Source: Scenedesmus sp. PABB004 (Eukaryota). Taken from it: a DNA stretch of 64,000 nucleotides. Position 1 is the first letter of the stretch, and each line of letters starts with the position of its first letter. The translations under genes and the position numbers were made by a program. Below are positions 36,150 to 49,636 of the stretch, in pieces. The stretch covers positions 62,001 through 126,000 of the forward strand of contig JABVCE010000024.1 in the NCBI GenBank assembly GCA_014905635.1. The letters run 5' to 3'. Below the pieces are notes generated by a model. The model ran no database searches and was not told the DNA's origin. It saw only the letters and a list, made by a program, of their open reading frames with translations.

Positions 36150-39100
36150 ATGCGGGCTGGGGCAGCCGCGCTGCTGCTGCTGGCGTGCTGCGCGGCGGCG
36201 GTGCGCGCGCAGACCTGTGGGGTGGCCATCTGCGTCACGATCGACGAGAGCGGCAGCATCGGGTCTACCAACTTCGTGAAGGTCAAGAATTTTGTGGTCG
36301 ACCTGTTCAACCGGACCAGCGCCGTGGCCAACAGTACGGCGGGCGTGCGCTGCGCACGACCGCCCGTTGCGGCCGACCAAGGGCGGGCTGGGCCGCCGCA
36401 TGCCACACGTGGAGCCCGCGTCCGCGGGCCGACCACGGGCGCCGTCCTTGAGCCGACCGCGCTCGCCCGCCCGCCCTGCCCCCCCCCCCCTCGCCCCCGG
36501 CTCGACCCGCAACAGCGTACGAGTTTGGCGCGGCCCGGTTCTCGACGGGCGCGTCGGACCTGGTCACTCCGATGACGGCCAACGCTGCGACCGCCATGTC
36601 CGCGGTCAGCAGCATGATTTACGGTGGCGGGAGCACCAACATGGTGTGCTGGGAGGGGAGAACTGCTTTAAAGCATTGTTGTTTTAGGGTGCAGGAGTTG
36701 TTATTCATGCGCGCGCCTGCGGGGGGGGGGGGGGGGGGGGCTGTGGCTCTGCTGCGCAGCGCGCGCCTGCCGCCGCGCCTCGCGCGCACTGAGCTGCCGC
36801 CGCGCCGCCGCGCTGCCCGCAGGAGGGCGGCATCGCGCGTGAGCCCTGCGCGAGCGCGCCACGGTGCTGGCCGTGCGGCGCTTGCGGAGTCCACTGATCT
36901 CACCGATGCGCGTGCCGCCGTGCGTGCGCAGGCTGCTTCAACAAGGACTCTGGCTCAGACGCCGGCATCCTGACAACCACCAGCAATGCCGCCCTGTCCC
37001 GGATCCTGGTCTTGCTCACCGGTGCGGTGGCGGCGGCAGCTGCGGCCAGGGCTGCGCGGCGCAGCGGAGCCGCGAGGGCTAGCGCCGCAAAGCGCAATCC
37101 AACGGCCAGCGGGGGGAAAGCTCTCAGCCAGCCGCCGCCTCACCACCCCGCTCCCTCCGTGCTGGCCGCCCCCGCCGCCACACGCAGATGGCAAGCCAAA
37201 CCGGGTGTATTCATCAACCCCGCCGGGCTGCTGCTCCGGTAGTACGACTTGCCAGCCGTCCGACTACATCTCTGGCTCAGACATCTCGGCATGCGCCAAG
37301 GACACCGTCACACGCAGGGGTGGGTGCTGGCGCTGCTAGCGGCTGAGCGTGCGGCGCCGCCGGGGGGCCGGCCCGCCCCCGCACCAACCGCGGCGCGCGC
37401 GCCCCCGCTCCGCCCACCCCTGCCTCTGCCTCCCTCTCTCTCTCTTACGCCCCAAGCCGCCACGGTGCGGGCCGCTGGCATCACCTTTGTCACCGTCGGT
37501 GTATCATCGGGCGTTGACGACACCTTCCTGGGAGGCCTGGGCCAGTACTACAAGGTCTCCAACTTTTCCGGCCTGGCGGCATACGTCGAGTCGGTCGCCA
37601 CGGGCGTCTGCACCGACGCGAGCGTGACCAAGGCCGTCGCATCTACATCTGAGCCGCTCGGGAACAACTTCACGTTTACGGTGACCATCACCAACACGGG
37701 CAAGTTCGACATCGCGTCAGCGGCAGCCAGCCCCATGGTTTTCACCGACACGCTGCCGTCGGGTCTCACGTTCCAGGCCGGCAGCGTCGCGCCCGGCGCC
37801 GGCAGCCCGCCAGGTGCGGGGTGGGGCGGCGGCGCTCCCCGCCGGGGCGCCGTTGGCGTGCGGCGACTGGCCCGCCGCGCCACGTGTGTGGAGGTGCAGG
37901 CTGCGCGGTGCCGTCGCACCAACGGCGGCACCACGCTGCTGTTGCGACGTGGCCGTGGCGCCCCAGCGCCTGCCTACCAGTGGGCGCTGCCAGCCCGAAG
38001 CGCCTAGCTTCTGCTGACACGCCCCTCACCCCCGTGCTGCCGTGTTGCGCGCAGCCAATTGCTCCTACACGAGTGCCACGCGCGCACTGCGGTGTTCAAT
38101 CACAAGCGGCACCCTGCCAGTGGGCGGCGCCACCTCCTGGTCCTACACGTACACCGCGGCCGCCACCACGGCCGGCACCTTCAGCGTCCCAACCGTGCTG
38201 TCACCATTCCGTGACAACAACGCGGGGAACAATTACGCCTCGTTGGCCGTGACGGTGACGGGGGCAGCCACCCCAGTCTCAGGTGCGCGTGCGCACTCGC
38301 TGCGGTCAGGCCCTGGTGGCCAGGTTGCGGCAGGCCCTGCCTGGCTGGCTGGCGTGTGCCGGCAGCAGCTGCGCACATCGCTCGCTGCAGCGCTGGGCGC
38401 GTCGGCGAGACAGCGCGCACGCTGCCCCGCAGACCCGACGGTCAGCGTGTCCCTGTCTGCGTCCACCGTGCTCATTGGGAGCAAGCTCAATGCCACAGTC
38501 ACTGTGACAAACCAGAGCCCCTCCGTTCAGGCCATCAACGTGGTCACTGAGTACACACTGCCGGCTGGGCTCGACTTTGACAACAGCACGTCGCCACCAG
38601 CCGGTGCGCGGGGTGCCGGCTCCTCCCAGGGCTGCACAGATGTGTGAAGCCGGGCGCCACTCCATGACGCGCCTGCTGCGCTGCCGCGCCGCCACGCGCG
38701 CAGGCTGCTCGGTGAGCGGCAAGGTCCTCACCTGCGCAGCCGGCAACATGTCAGCGAGCGGCAGCGCGGCGCATGTCGTCGGCCTGGTGGCCGTCCAGGA
38801 GGGCGTGTGGGACAGCGAGGCCGTTGTCGATGCGGACAATGACGGAGATGCCACCAATAACGGACCGGTGGTAGCAACGGTGACTGTCTTGGCCACGTGT
38901 GATGTGTACAACCCCGATGGCACTCGGTTTGGATGCAGCGCTGGCTCCATCTTCAACACCACGGCCGGCAGTGACCCGGGGCCTGACCAGGATACGTGCT
39001 GCGTGAGTGGCTTGCTTGGTGGGAGGGGTGGCTGCCACGCGGCAGCCAGCCAGCGCTGGCTGCACTGCGCTGCCAAGCTGCGCTCCAGCTCAAGGACATG

Positions 39101-42100
39101 CCGCCTGCCGAGCGCCAGTACCGCCGCCTCCGCCATCCCTGCTGCCGCCACGGCCGACGCCGCCACTGCCGCCACCCGCTGCCGCGCAGATTACTTGCCA
39201 GGTGTGCGCGGACTTTGTCGACCAGTGCGGCAGCTTTAACAACCTCTGCGGCGCCACGATCAACTGCACCTGCTCGGCGCCCAAGCCCTTCTGCCACATG
39301 CCCCAAACGCCGCTGCAGCCCGCGGGGCCTGGCTTCTGCTCCAACAGCTCCTTCAACCCGAGTCCCGACCTCGACGTTGCCATCACGCGCACGGTGCCGG
39401 CCGCCCCGGTGCTCATCAACACCACGTTTGACACGAACCTCACTGTGCGCGTCGTCAGCGGGCAGAGCGGCGCCAATGACGTCGTCGTGGTGGACACGCT
39501 GCCGCCGGGGCTGGTGCTCGTGTCGGTGCAGACGCCGGTCGGCACCTGCACGCCTGCTGGCTCGACCATCACCTGTGCGATCGGCGCGATGGCGCTGTCG
39601 CAGTCGGTGGTCGTGTCTGTCCGCGTGCGCGCGACGGCGCAAGGCACGCAGTCTACAAACGCCACTGTCACCGCCACGGGCGACACCGTCGCTGCCAACA
39701 ACGTCGACAGCCAGGCCATCACGGTCATCTGCGCCAGTTGCGCCTCGTTCGCCACTGCTGTGTGCGGCAACATCAGCAATGGCTGCGGCGCCACGATCAA
39801 CTGCACCTGCTCGGCGCCCAAGCCCTTCTGCCACATGCCCCAGACGCCGCTGCAGCCCGCGGGGCCTGGCTTCTGCTCCAACAGCTCCTTCAACCCGAGT
39901 CCCGACCTCGACGTTGCCATCACGCGCACGGTGCCGGCCGCCCCGGTGCTCATCAACACCACGTTTGACACGAACCTCACTGTGCGCGTCGTCAGCGGGC
40001 AGAGCGGCGCCAATGACGTCGTCGTGGTGGACACGCTGCCGCCGGGGCTGGCGCTCGTGTCGGTGCAGACGCCGGTCGGCACCTGCACGCCTGCTGGCTC
40101 GACCATCACCTGTGCGATCGGCGCGATGGCGCTGTCGCAGTCGGTGGTCGTGTCTGTCCGCGTGCGCGCGACGGCGCAAGGCACGCAGTCTACAAACGCC
40201 ACTGTCACCGCCACGGGCGACACCGTCGCTGCCAACAACGTCGACAGCCAGGCCATCACGGTTGTCTGCATCAGTTGCACCTCGTTCGCCACTGCGGTGT
40301 GCGGCACCATCAGCGATGGCTGTGGCGGCACCGTGGCCTGCACCTGCCCCTCAGACAGGCCGGTCTGCAGCCAGCCAGGCCCGCTGCAGCCGGGGTCGTG
40401 CTCTCCTCTTGTTCTGGCACAACCTGACGTTTCCATTCGCCAGCGCGCCGTGTACGCCGACCCGGCGCTCGGGTATGCGCGGACGGGGGAAGCGTTTGAC
40501 CTCTTGCTCACGGTGCAGCCAGAGAATGGCCCGGCCGGCGCGCAAGACGTGGTCCTCCAAACCACGCTGCCAGCAGGGCTGGAGCTGATTTCTGTCAACC
40601 CACGTGCGCGCGCCTCGCGCCGCGCAGCGCGGCCGCGCGGCTGCTGCGCGCTGGCCGCCCTCATCGAACTGACCGCGCCCCGCCGGCCTGCTGGCCTGCT
40701 CCAGTTGACGGCTGCGTCATCACGTACCCCCTGGTCAAGTGCACGTATGCCTCCCTGTCTGGCAGCCGTGACATCACCATCCGCGTCAAGGCCGACAGCC
40801 CCGGCACGTTCACCTGCGTGGCTGAGGTGACTGCCATAAACGACGGCAACCCTGCAAACAACAGAGACAGCGGGGTGGTTGTGGTGAAGAGGGATGTAGA
40901 CATCTCCATCACCGCGACAATGCCTAACGCCACCGTCCTTATTGGCAGCAAGCTCGACTGCACGCTTGTCGTGGCCAACCTCGGCGTGCAGCTGGCTACT
41001 GGCGTGGTTGCCAAGTACACGCTGCCGCATGGGCTGGCGTTTGACCCCAGCACCCCCCTGCCTGCAGGTGCGCGCGCGCAGGGTGCCAGGCGCTGGGTTT
41101 GAGCCCAGAACCAGCTGCACCCACGCGCAGGCCAGCTGAACATTGAGGCCGCGCTCACGCGCTGCTGCCGTGCGGGCGCAGGTTGCACCATCGTTGCCCG
41201 CCGCATTGCTGGGGCGCCCCGGGCTGCCCAGGCCGGCGGGACGCTGTCCTGCGGGCCCGGCAGCGTCCCGCCGGGCGGCAATGTGGCGTACGTCGTGGGC
41301 GTGGTGGCCGTCCAGGAGGGCTCGTGGGACAGCACGGCCCGCGTGTCAGCGACCAACGACACCAACCCGAGCAACGACGGCCCCGTCAAGCTTTCAATCA
41401 CCGTGCGCAGGACGTGCGGCCAGAACAGCGCAGACGGCGCACCCTTCACCTGCAGCAATGGCACAGCGCTCGATGCAATCCAAACCAGCAACGCGAGCCC
41501 CAGCCAGGCGACTTGCTGCGAGGTGAGCTGTCGCCTGCCAGCACTCCCTGCATGGCGCGGTGCAGGCCCCACTGCTCCTTGAACTACTCGCCCGCACTGG
41601 CCTGCGGCCGCCTGCAGGTCGCCATCACATCCGAAGGCAATAGTCGACCAGACGTCTCCATCACTGCATCCACGCTGAACACCGCTGTGCTCATTGGCAG
41701 CAAGCTCAACTGCACGCTGGTCGTGGCCAACCTCGGCGCGCTGCCGGCCACGGGCGTGGTTGCCAAGTACACGCTGCCGCCTGGGCTGGCGTTTGACCCC
41801 AGCACCCCCCTGCCTGCAGGTGCGCGCGCACAGGGTGCCAGGCGCTGGGTTTGAGCCCAGGACCGGCTGCGCCCGCGCGCAGGCCAGCTGAACATTGAGG
41901 CCGCGCTCACACGCCGCTGCCGTGCGGGCGCAGGTTGCACCATCGGCGGCCGTCGTACTGCCAGGCAGCCCAGGTCGCCCCGGGCTGCCCAGGCCGGCGG
42001 GACGCTGTTCTGCGGGCCCGGCAGCGTCCCGCCGGGCGGCAATGTGGCGTACGTCGTGGGCGTGGTGGCCGTCCAGGAGGGCTCGTGGGACAGCACGGCC

Positions 42101-45100
42101 CGCGTGTCAGCGACCAACGACACCAACCCGAGCAACGACGGCCCCGTCAAGCTTTCAATCACCGTGCGCAGGACGTGCGGCCAGAACAGCGCAGACGGCG
42201 CACCCTTCACCTGCAGCAATGGCACAGCGCTCAATGCAAACCAGGTCAATGCAAGCCCCAGCCAGGCGGCTTGCTGTCAGGTGAGCTGCCGGCTGCCAGC
42301 GCTGCCCGCATGGCGCGGTGCAGGCTCACTGCTCTATCAGCAAGCAGGCCACCACACTCGGCTCGCCCTCACGGCCCCGCTGTGCGGCTCGCAGGTCGCT
42401 GATGGCGCGCCTGACGTCTCCATCACTGCAACCACGCCCAGCGCCTCCATCCTTATCGGCAGCAAGCTCAACTGCACGCTTGTCGTGGCCAACCCAGGCA
42501 CGCTGCCGGCCACGGGCGTGGTTGCCAAGTACACGCTGCCGCCTGGGCTGGCGTTTGACCCCAGCACCCCCCTGCCTGCAGGTGCGCGCGCACAGGGTGC
42601 CAGGCGCTGGGTTTGAGCCCAGGACCAGCTGCACCCACGCGCAGGCCAGCTGAACATTGAGGCCGCGCTCACGCGCCGCTGCCGTGCGGGCGCAGGTTGC
42701 ACCATCGCTGCCCGCGCTGCTGGGGCGCCCCAGGCCGGCGGGACGCTGTCCTGCGGGCCCGGCAGCGTCCCGCCGGGCGGCAATGTGGCGTACGTCGTGG
42801 GCGTGGTGGCCGTCCAGGAGGGCTCGTGGGACAGCACGGCCCGTGTGTCAGCGACCAACGACACCAACCCGAGCAACGACGGCCCCGTCAAGCTTTCAAT
42901 CACCGTGCGCAGGACGTGCGGCCAGAACAGCGCAGACGGCGCACCCTTCACCTGCAGCAATGGCACAGCGCTCAATGCAAACCAGGTCAATGCAAGCCCC
43001 AGCCAGGCGGCTTGCTGTCAGGTGAGCTGCCGGCTGCCAGCGCTGCCCGCATGGCGCGGTGCAGGCTCACTGCTCTATCAGCAAGCAGGCCACCACACTC
43101 GGCTCGCCCTCACGGCCCCGCTGTGCGGCTCGCAGGTCGCTGATGGCGCGCCTGACGTCTCCATCACTGCAACCACGCCCAGCGCCTCCATCCTTATCGG
43201 CAGCAAGCTCAACTGCACGCTTGTCGTGGCCAACCCGGGCACGCTGCCGGCCACGGGCGTGGTTGCCAAGTACACGCTGCCGCCTGGGCTGGCGTTTGAC
43301 CCCAGCACCCCCCTGCCTGCAGGTGCGCGCGCACAGGGTGCCAGGCGCTGGGTTTGAGCCCAGGACCAGCTGCACCCACGCGCAGGCCAGCTGAACATTG
43401 AGGCCGCGCTCACGCGCCGCTGCCGTGCGGGCGCAGGTTGCACCATCGCTGCCCGCGCTGCTGGGGCGCCCCAGGCCGGCGGGACGCTGTCCTGCGGGCC
43501 CGGCAGCGTCCCGCCGGGCGGCAATGTGGCGTACGTCGTGGGCGTGGTGGCCATCCAGGAGGGCTCGTGGGACAGCACGGCCCGCGTGGCAGCGACCAAC
43601 GACACCAACCCGAGCAACGACGGCCCCGTCAAGCTTTCAATCACCGTGCGCAGGACGTGTGCCAAGTACTACGCTGACGGCACTCGGTTTGGATGCAGCA
43701 CTGGCTCCAGCTTCAACGCCACGGCTGCCAACGACCCCACGCCTGGCCAGCAGACGTGCTGCGTGAGTGGCTTGCTTGGCGGGAGGGGTGTGGCTGCCGC
43801 GCGGCAATGCTGGCTGCCAAGCTGCGCTCCCGCTCGGGCACGCACTGCCCGACAATGGTGGCGCCTGGACCAGCGCCGGTGCTGTGCCCATCCTTCCTTT
43901 CGCAGCCGCCGCCATCCCTGCTGCCGCCGACGCTGCCGCCATCGCTGTCCCGCTGCCGCGCAGATCGACTGCAAGGGTTGCGCGGACTTTGCGTCTGGGT
44001 GTGGCACCATCAGCGACGGCTGCGGTGGCACCCTCGACTGTGGCTGCTCGGGCGCCACGCCGTTCTGCCACCAGTCGCAGGCCCTCCAGGCCCTGTCCGA
44101 GTTGGGCTACTGCGACGCTGCGCCCTTCAACCCGGGGTCCAAGCTGGACGTGCTCGTGGACAAGGTCGGCCCGAGCGAGCCGGTCGAGCTCGGGTCCGAG
44201 TTCAACTTCCTCGTCACCGTGCGCGTCGTCTCCGGCCCCAAAGGCGCCAACGACGTCACCGTGGTGGACACGCTGCCGCCAGGGCTGGAGCTGGTCTCGC
44301 TGCGGACGCCGCGCGGCACCTGCACGCCGTCGGGCTCCACCATCACGTGCGCGTTTGGGAACATGGTACTGTCGCAGTCGGTCGTCGTGACGATGCGTGT
44401 GCGGGCGACGGCGAAGGGCATGCACAACACGAGCATTGCCACCAAGGCGAGCGACAGCAACCCATTGAACAACAACGCCATCCTGGGGGTGCAGGTGCGA
44501 ACTGCACCCAAATCTCTTTGAAGAAGTGCAGGGCCTGCCGCGGCGCTCCTCTCTGACTGCCAACCGCGCGGCGCAGGTGATTTGCAGCACGTGCGACAGC
44601 TTTCCCGGCCGGTGCGGCGCCATCGCCACCGGGTGTGGCACCATCCAGTGCGGCTGCCCCAGCGAGCGCCCCGTGTGCGTGCAGCTGCCAGGGGCCCCCA
44701 CCAGCAGCAGCGTGTGCAACACTCGGTCTGTCAGCCCGAGCGGGCGCGTGGACGTCGCCGTCATGGTCACCGGGCCCACCTCAGCCGTGGTGGTTGGCCG
44801 CGAGTTTGAGTTGCTGATCACTGCCACTGTCCTGAGCGGCGCGAAGGGCGCAAGCAACGTCGTCGTCACCGGTCACATCCCCGACGGTCTCGAGGTGGTA
44901 GGCGTGGTGCCTGGTGCGCGCGCACTGCGCGTCCCCCTGCGCGCGCTGCGTTCCCCTGCACGCGCTGCGTGCCCCTGGGGCTCGACACCCAGCCTGCTGC
45001 CTGGCCGGTGCACCGACTGCGTTGCCGCCGCTGCCCGCAGACGCGCAATGCACGATCCAGTACCCCTCAATCTCTTGCGCCGTGGGCGCGCTGGGTGTGG

Positions 45101-46177
45101 GTGAGAGCTACTCCCTCACGGTGCGCGTCAAGGCGTCACGCGATGGATCCTTCACCAGCAGTGCCACGGTCAGCGCCACCGGCGACGGCCAGAAAGCCAA
45201 CAACCGATACAACGCAAGAGTCACCGTGGTGCGTGGTTCCGCCCCGCGCGCAGCCTGGCACCCGGTCTAGGCGCTGGCCCGGCTTGCAGGCGTGCCCGCT
45301 CGCATCAGGCTGACCAGGCAATGATGTGCCGACGCCTGCTTGCAGGTCAACGGCGCGTGTTGTGCGCCCGACAAGACCTGCCGGCTGGTTGACGAGTCTG
45401 CCTGCGTTGCCGGCACCTACATGCCTGGCCAGACGTGCGACAGCGCGACTTGCAGGCTCGTGCCGGCTGCGCTTCCCCTCGGCGCGTGCTGCGACGTGCA
45501 GCGCGGCCAGTGCGCGGTGGTGACACAGGCTAGCTGCGCATCAGGCGCCTGGACGCAGGGCGCCAACTGCACCGTGGACGTCTGCCCGCAGGCAGTGAGT
45601 GGCGGCTGAGCGCAGCGCGGCTGCTTGTCCCTCTTGGCCCTGCTGGCCAATTAGCGCGCGCAGCTGCCGACGTGCGGCGTCCCCGCCCCTCCCGCAGTTC
45701 TGCACGCCGGACTGGCGCATGTGCACGCCGTCCGTTGGGAGCGGCTCCAGCCCCTGCTGCAACCCCACGAGCGCGTGCAAGCCCGTGCAGGGCCTCAAGA
45801 CGCGTTGGTACGCCTGCACGCTCGGCGAGGCCTGCCGCGCTGAAGGCCAGGCCTGCGGCTCGTGCCCCGGTGGCGCTTCGTGCTGCGACGGGCTCACCTG
45901 CAAGTGGGAGCACAAGCGCGGCAACGGCGTGTGCACAAAGCCGTTCACGTGCGCCCAAGACGGCGCGTCCTGCGCCTCAGCGCAAGACTGCTGCCCCGGC
46001 TCCACCTGCGGCTCCGACGGCAGGTGCCGCGCCTGCGACTGCAACCGCGCGTGCGCGAAGCACGACAAGGCATGCGAGGCGGAGCGGGAGTCAGAGTGCA
46101 AGAGCCTGTCGGCGGTTGTTGCCAGCGCCGTTTTGCCCGGCCCAGGCGGCGCCGTCATCCAAGTGCGGGGGGCCTGA
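36150..46177 (+). CDS. Giant secreted adhesin-like glycoprotein, paralog 1: signal peptide, vWA domain with MIDAS, 11 DUF11/Ig-like modules with Cys-rich linkers, Cys-rich C-terminus
   Basis: MRAGAAALLLLACCAAAVRA signal; IDESGS..GGSTNM..ILVLLTDGKPN..ITFVTVGV; modules such as DASVTK..FTFTVTITNTG..FTDTLPSGLTF..DNNAGNN; CGxxxDGCGGT and GACC repeats; no TM segment seen; stop 46177. Confidence 0.85.
39247..40330 (+). repeat. Intron-less 537-bp exonic tandem duplication (Cys module + DUF11) x2 in paralog 1
   Basis: TGCGGCGCCACGATCAAC at 39247 and 39784; nearly identical units. Confidence 0.95.
40890..43660 (+). repeat. ~740-765 bp exon+intron tandem array x4 (DUF11 + Cys linker) in paralog 1
   Basis: GGCAGCAAGCTC anchors at ~40944, 41696, 42458, 43199; introns are repeated with the exons. 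Confidence 0.93.
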
Positions 46178-46680
46178 GCCCCGCCGCCTGTCAATAAGGC
46201 TTGGTAGCACACACACCAGGGTAGAGAGCATGGGGAAGGCACGTTTTCTTTGCCCCACCCAGTGCAAGGCTGTCATAAAACAGATGCAATTGCAACTTCT
46301 ATTCTCCAACTGTTTGCAGCAAAGCCCTGCAAAGACAGCGTTAAATGAACGCACGGGCTCGCTTGACGAGGTGGTGTTGTTGTCGCCAACCCTTTACCCT
46401 AAATGCTACCCCCTCTCTCGCTCTACAACGTTGTTGCATGCCTGGCTAGCTTCGGCGACCACACCTGCTGCATGTTCGTGATTGGCCTGTTGTACAACAA
46501 GCCACTCCTTGGTGGCTGGGTGATGCGGGGCTCGTCGAGCCCCGGTCTGTTGCCAGGGCTCAGCTCAGCTAGCAACGATGCCTAGCACTATCTTGGTGGG
46601 TATCGCATCAACGCATGCACTCGCATCAACGCATGCAACAACGCCACTAACCGCCGACAGTTGCAGCTCTGGCGTTGAGC

Positions 46681-46945
46681 CCCGCCAAAGACCGCGGCCA
46701 TCACGCCGCGCGCGCACCGTCAGCCGCAACCAGCAGCCTCCCGCCGCGCAGCAGGCCGACCAGCAGCGGCGTGCTGCCGCGCAGCAGCTGGCCCAGGTGG
46801 ACGCCCGCGTTGCCGCCGGCCAGCGCTGCCAGCACCTGCGCCGCGCTGGCACGCGCGGGAACAGGAGGCTGAGCAGCATCTCCAGCGTGCCAGCGCCCTC
46901 AAACACGGCCTGGTGGTGGCGCGGCGCGCCGACTGCACAGCGCGC
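46681..46945 (-). pseudogene. Dispersed ARM-like remnant, copy 2 (short, next to the duplication junction)
   Basis: Matches 62520-62820 and 49660-49980; minus strand reads HHQAVFEGAGTLEMLLSLL. Confidence 0.55.
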
Positions 46946-47053
46946 GCAGGGCCACCGCGGCGGCGGCCTGCGTCGCAGGCGCGCCCGAGCCGAGCAGGCG
47001 CGTGAGGCGGGGTAGGGGAGGCGGCGGCAACGGGTCGTTGTCACGTGCCGCTG

Positions 47054-49277
47054 CCGCCAGGCTGGTGCTGCTGCCGCTGGACCCCGCGCAAGCACGCCAA
47101 GGACTCGCTGCGCCCAGGGCAGTCGCTGGACGCCGTGAGCATCGCCACGCAGCTCGACCGGGCAGCCGCGGGGCGCGGGCAGCTCAGCGCGCCGCTGCCG
47201 CCGGCGCGCCTCGGCACCGCGCAGAGGCTCCGAGCAGCCAGGTCCGGCGCTCGTCACAGAGTACATGGTCAGCGGCAGGCGAGTGCCGGGGCAGCGGCAG
47301 GCGCAGGGCCCGAACCTGCACCGCCGACGGGGGAGGAGTGGGAGGGAGGGGAAGCGCTGCGCGCGCACCCCGGCCCCGCTGCCGCGGGCGGCGGCGGGGT
47401 CGGGGGTCCCTCGCGCCGCCCCTGATGCAGCGCCGGCGCGCGTCGCGTCGCTTCGCTCCCCGCCGCGCCGCGCCGCAGCCTGCGCGGCACCATCGCGCGG
47501 CGCGCCGACTTTCTCGCCCGCGACAGCGTGCGCATCAAGCTCGCCCTCGATGTGGCACGGGCGCGGCGGCGCGGGCACGGGCGGGGACGCGGGGGCGCGC
47601 GCGTGCGGGGGACGCACGGGGGGCTGCAGCAGCCGCGGGCGCGCGCGCGGCGGGCGGCGGGCGGCGTGCGCGCCCTCCCGCGCCGCGCGCCGTCGCTGCT
47701 GCCCGCCGCGGCGCTTGTCACTGTCAAACGAGCTGAAGTTCAAACGTCACTTTTAAATCAAACTGAGCCGTAAGTGAACCGCAAACCCCATCGCCTGTGT
47801 CCTTCCTGACAGGGTATGGCCAAATTGCATGACAAGAGCATCGTGCACTTCGACCTCAAGGTGGGCCAAGGGTTTAGGGGAACGGGGAAGGGGGGGGGGG
47901 GCCCAGGTGGTCGCTCACAGGCCAGGGCGCTGGCGCGCTCGCGCGTGCGCCGTCGCGCGTCGACGGCGGCGCCAGCAGCGCGGCCGCCGGCGGCCGAGCG
48001 CCGCGCGCCGCTCGCCGCCGCGCCAGCACGCCCGGGCCGCCGCCGCGGCCGCCGCCGCAGACGGCCAACCTGCTGGTGGGCATGCGGGACAAGACGCCGC
48101 TGGCCCAGGTGCGCGGCAGCGTGTGTGGTGGTGGCTGTGGCGGTGCGCGTGCGCGTGCGTGTGCGCGTGCTCCGCTCACACGTGCTCGCGCCGCCCGCGC
48201 CGCGCCGCGGCGTCCGCGCGCCGCCAGGTCGCCGACTTTGGCCTGAGCAAGCAGCGGCAGCAGACGTTTGTGACAGGTGCGCCGCCCTGCCCCTCCCCTC
48301 CTCCCCTCCTGCCCTCATGCCCGTGCGCGCGCGGCGCGGCGCGGGCCGCGCGGCCGGCCGGCCGCCGCGCGCGCCGGCCGAGCGCCGGTGCCCGCTGCGT
48401 GCCGGGCAGGCGTGGCGTCGCTGCAGGGCACGCTGCCGTGGATCGCCCCCGAGATCATCATGACCCCTTCCGGTCACCGGTGCGCGCGCGCGACATGGCG
48501 CGTGCGCGCGACGGCCCCGGCGGCGTGCACAGCGGCAGCGGCGGCGGGGGCGCGGCTTGCTCGGCGAGGCGCCCCGACCCGCAGCGCCCTGCCCCAAGCC
48601 CCGCCGCGCGCGCCTCGCCCGCGCCCCGACCCGCCGCGCCCGCGCCCGCGCCTGCGCCCGCGCCCGCGCCCGCGCCCGCCCGCCGCGCAGAGAAGGTGGA
48701 CGTCTTCAGCTTTGGCGTGGTGCTGTGGGAGCTCTGGTGCGCGCCGCCCCGGGGCGGCCCCCGCGCGGCCGCGCGCCCTTGACCCTGAACCCTTGAACCC
48801 TAAACCCGGCAGGACGCTGCGTGAGCCGCACGAGGGCGTCAACTATCACGCCCTTCTGCACGCGATGTCCGCGTCGGCCGACGTTGTGCGGCACCCGATG
48901 CCAGGTGCGTGCCCCCCACCCCACACTCCACGCCCCTCCCGCGGCGACGGCGGCGACGCTGCCCCGCCCGCGCCCCGCGCGCGCCGCGCGGCCGGCCGCC
49001 GGCCCGCCGCCGCGCCGCTGCCGACCGACCCCTGTGCCGCACCGCGCGTCGTGCAGGCAGCCCCGAGTTTGAGGGTGACGCGGGGCCGGAGCCCGCGCCC
49101 GGCTGGGCGGCGCTAATCGGCGATTGCCTCGCAACCGCGCCGGCCGCGCGGCCGGCGTTCAGGGAGGTGGTCGGCCGCCTGGAGGGCATGCTGCGCGCCA
49201 ACCGCGCGACCAAGCGCCGCACCGCGAGCGGCCCGCCGGGCGCGGGCGCCGCGGCGGCAGCGGCGGGGCCGGCCTGA
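47054..49277 (+). pseudogene. 5'-truncated duplicate of the PB1-Raf kinase (C-terminal part of the kinase domain only)
   Basis: Homology begins at the acceptor CCGCCAG|GCTGGTGCTG (cf. 32912). No PB1, Gly-loop or VAVK exons. Frame-breaking deletions near 47090, 47247 and 48471; donor GT>GC at 47561; MAYLH>MAKLH. Confidence 0.85.
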
Positions 49278-49636
49278 GGGCGTGGGGCGCGCGGCGCGGC
49301 AGAGAGCAAGAGGGGGGATTGATCGGGCGGCGTGGTCAAACTGCGCGGGCGGCGGGGCGGCCGGCGGGGGGGGGGGACCCAGGCATTGCTTCAGCGATTG
49401 GGTTAGGGTGCCCTGGGACTGGCGCGCGCAGCCCGCAACTCAGGCCCGGCCGAGCCGGGCGTCGGGCGCTTGTGCTGCGCCGACAGCGCTCGCGAGCGCT
49501 CGCCAGCCTGGCGCTCCCAGCGGCGCCGCCGCAGCTCGCCAGCGCAGGCACCTGTCGAGCGCAAGCCAGCGTGCGATCTCTCGCAGCTCGCCGCCGGCCG
49601 CGCCCAGGGTGCCAGCGTGTCGCCGCCTCGGCCAGC

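Noticed and set aside
47054..49277. A second functional Raf kinase gene
   Set aside because: Lacks start, PB1 and N-lobe exons and has several multi-base frame-breaking deletions.
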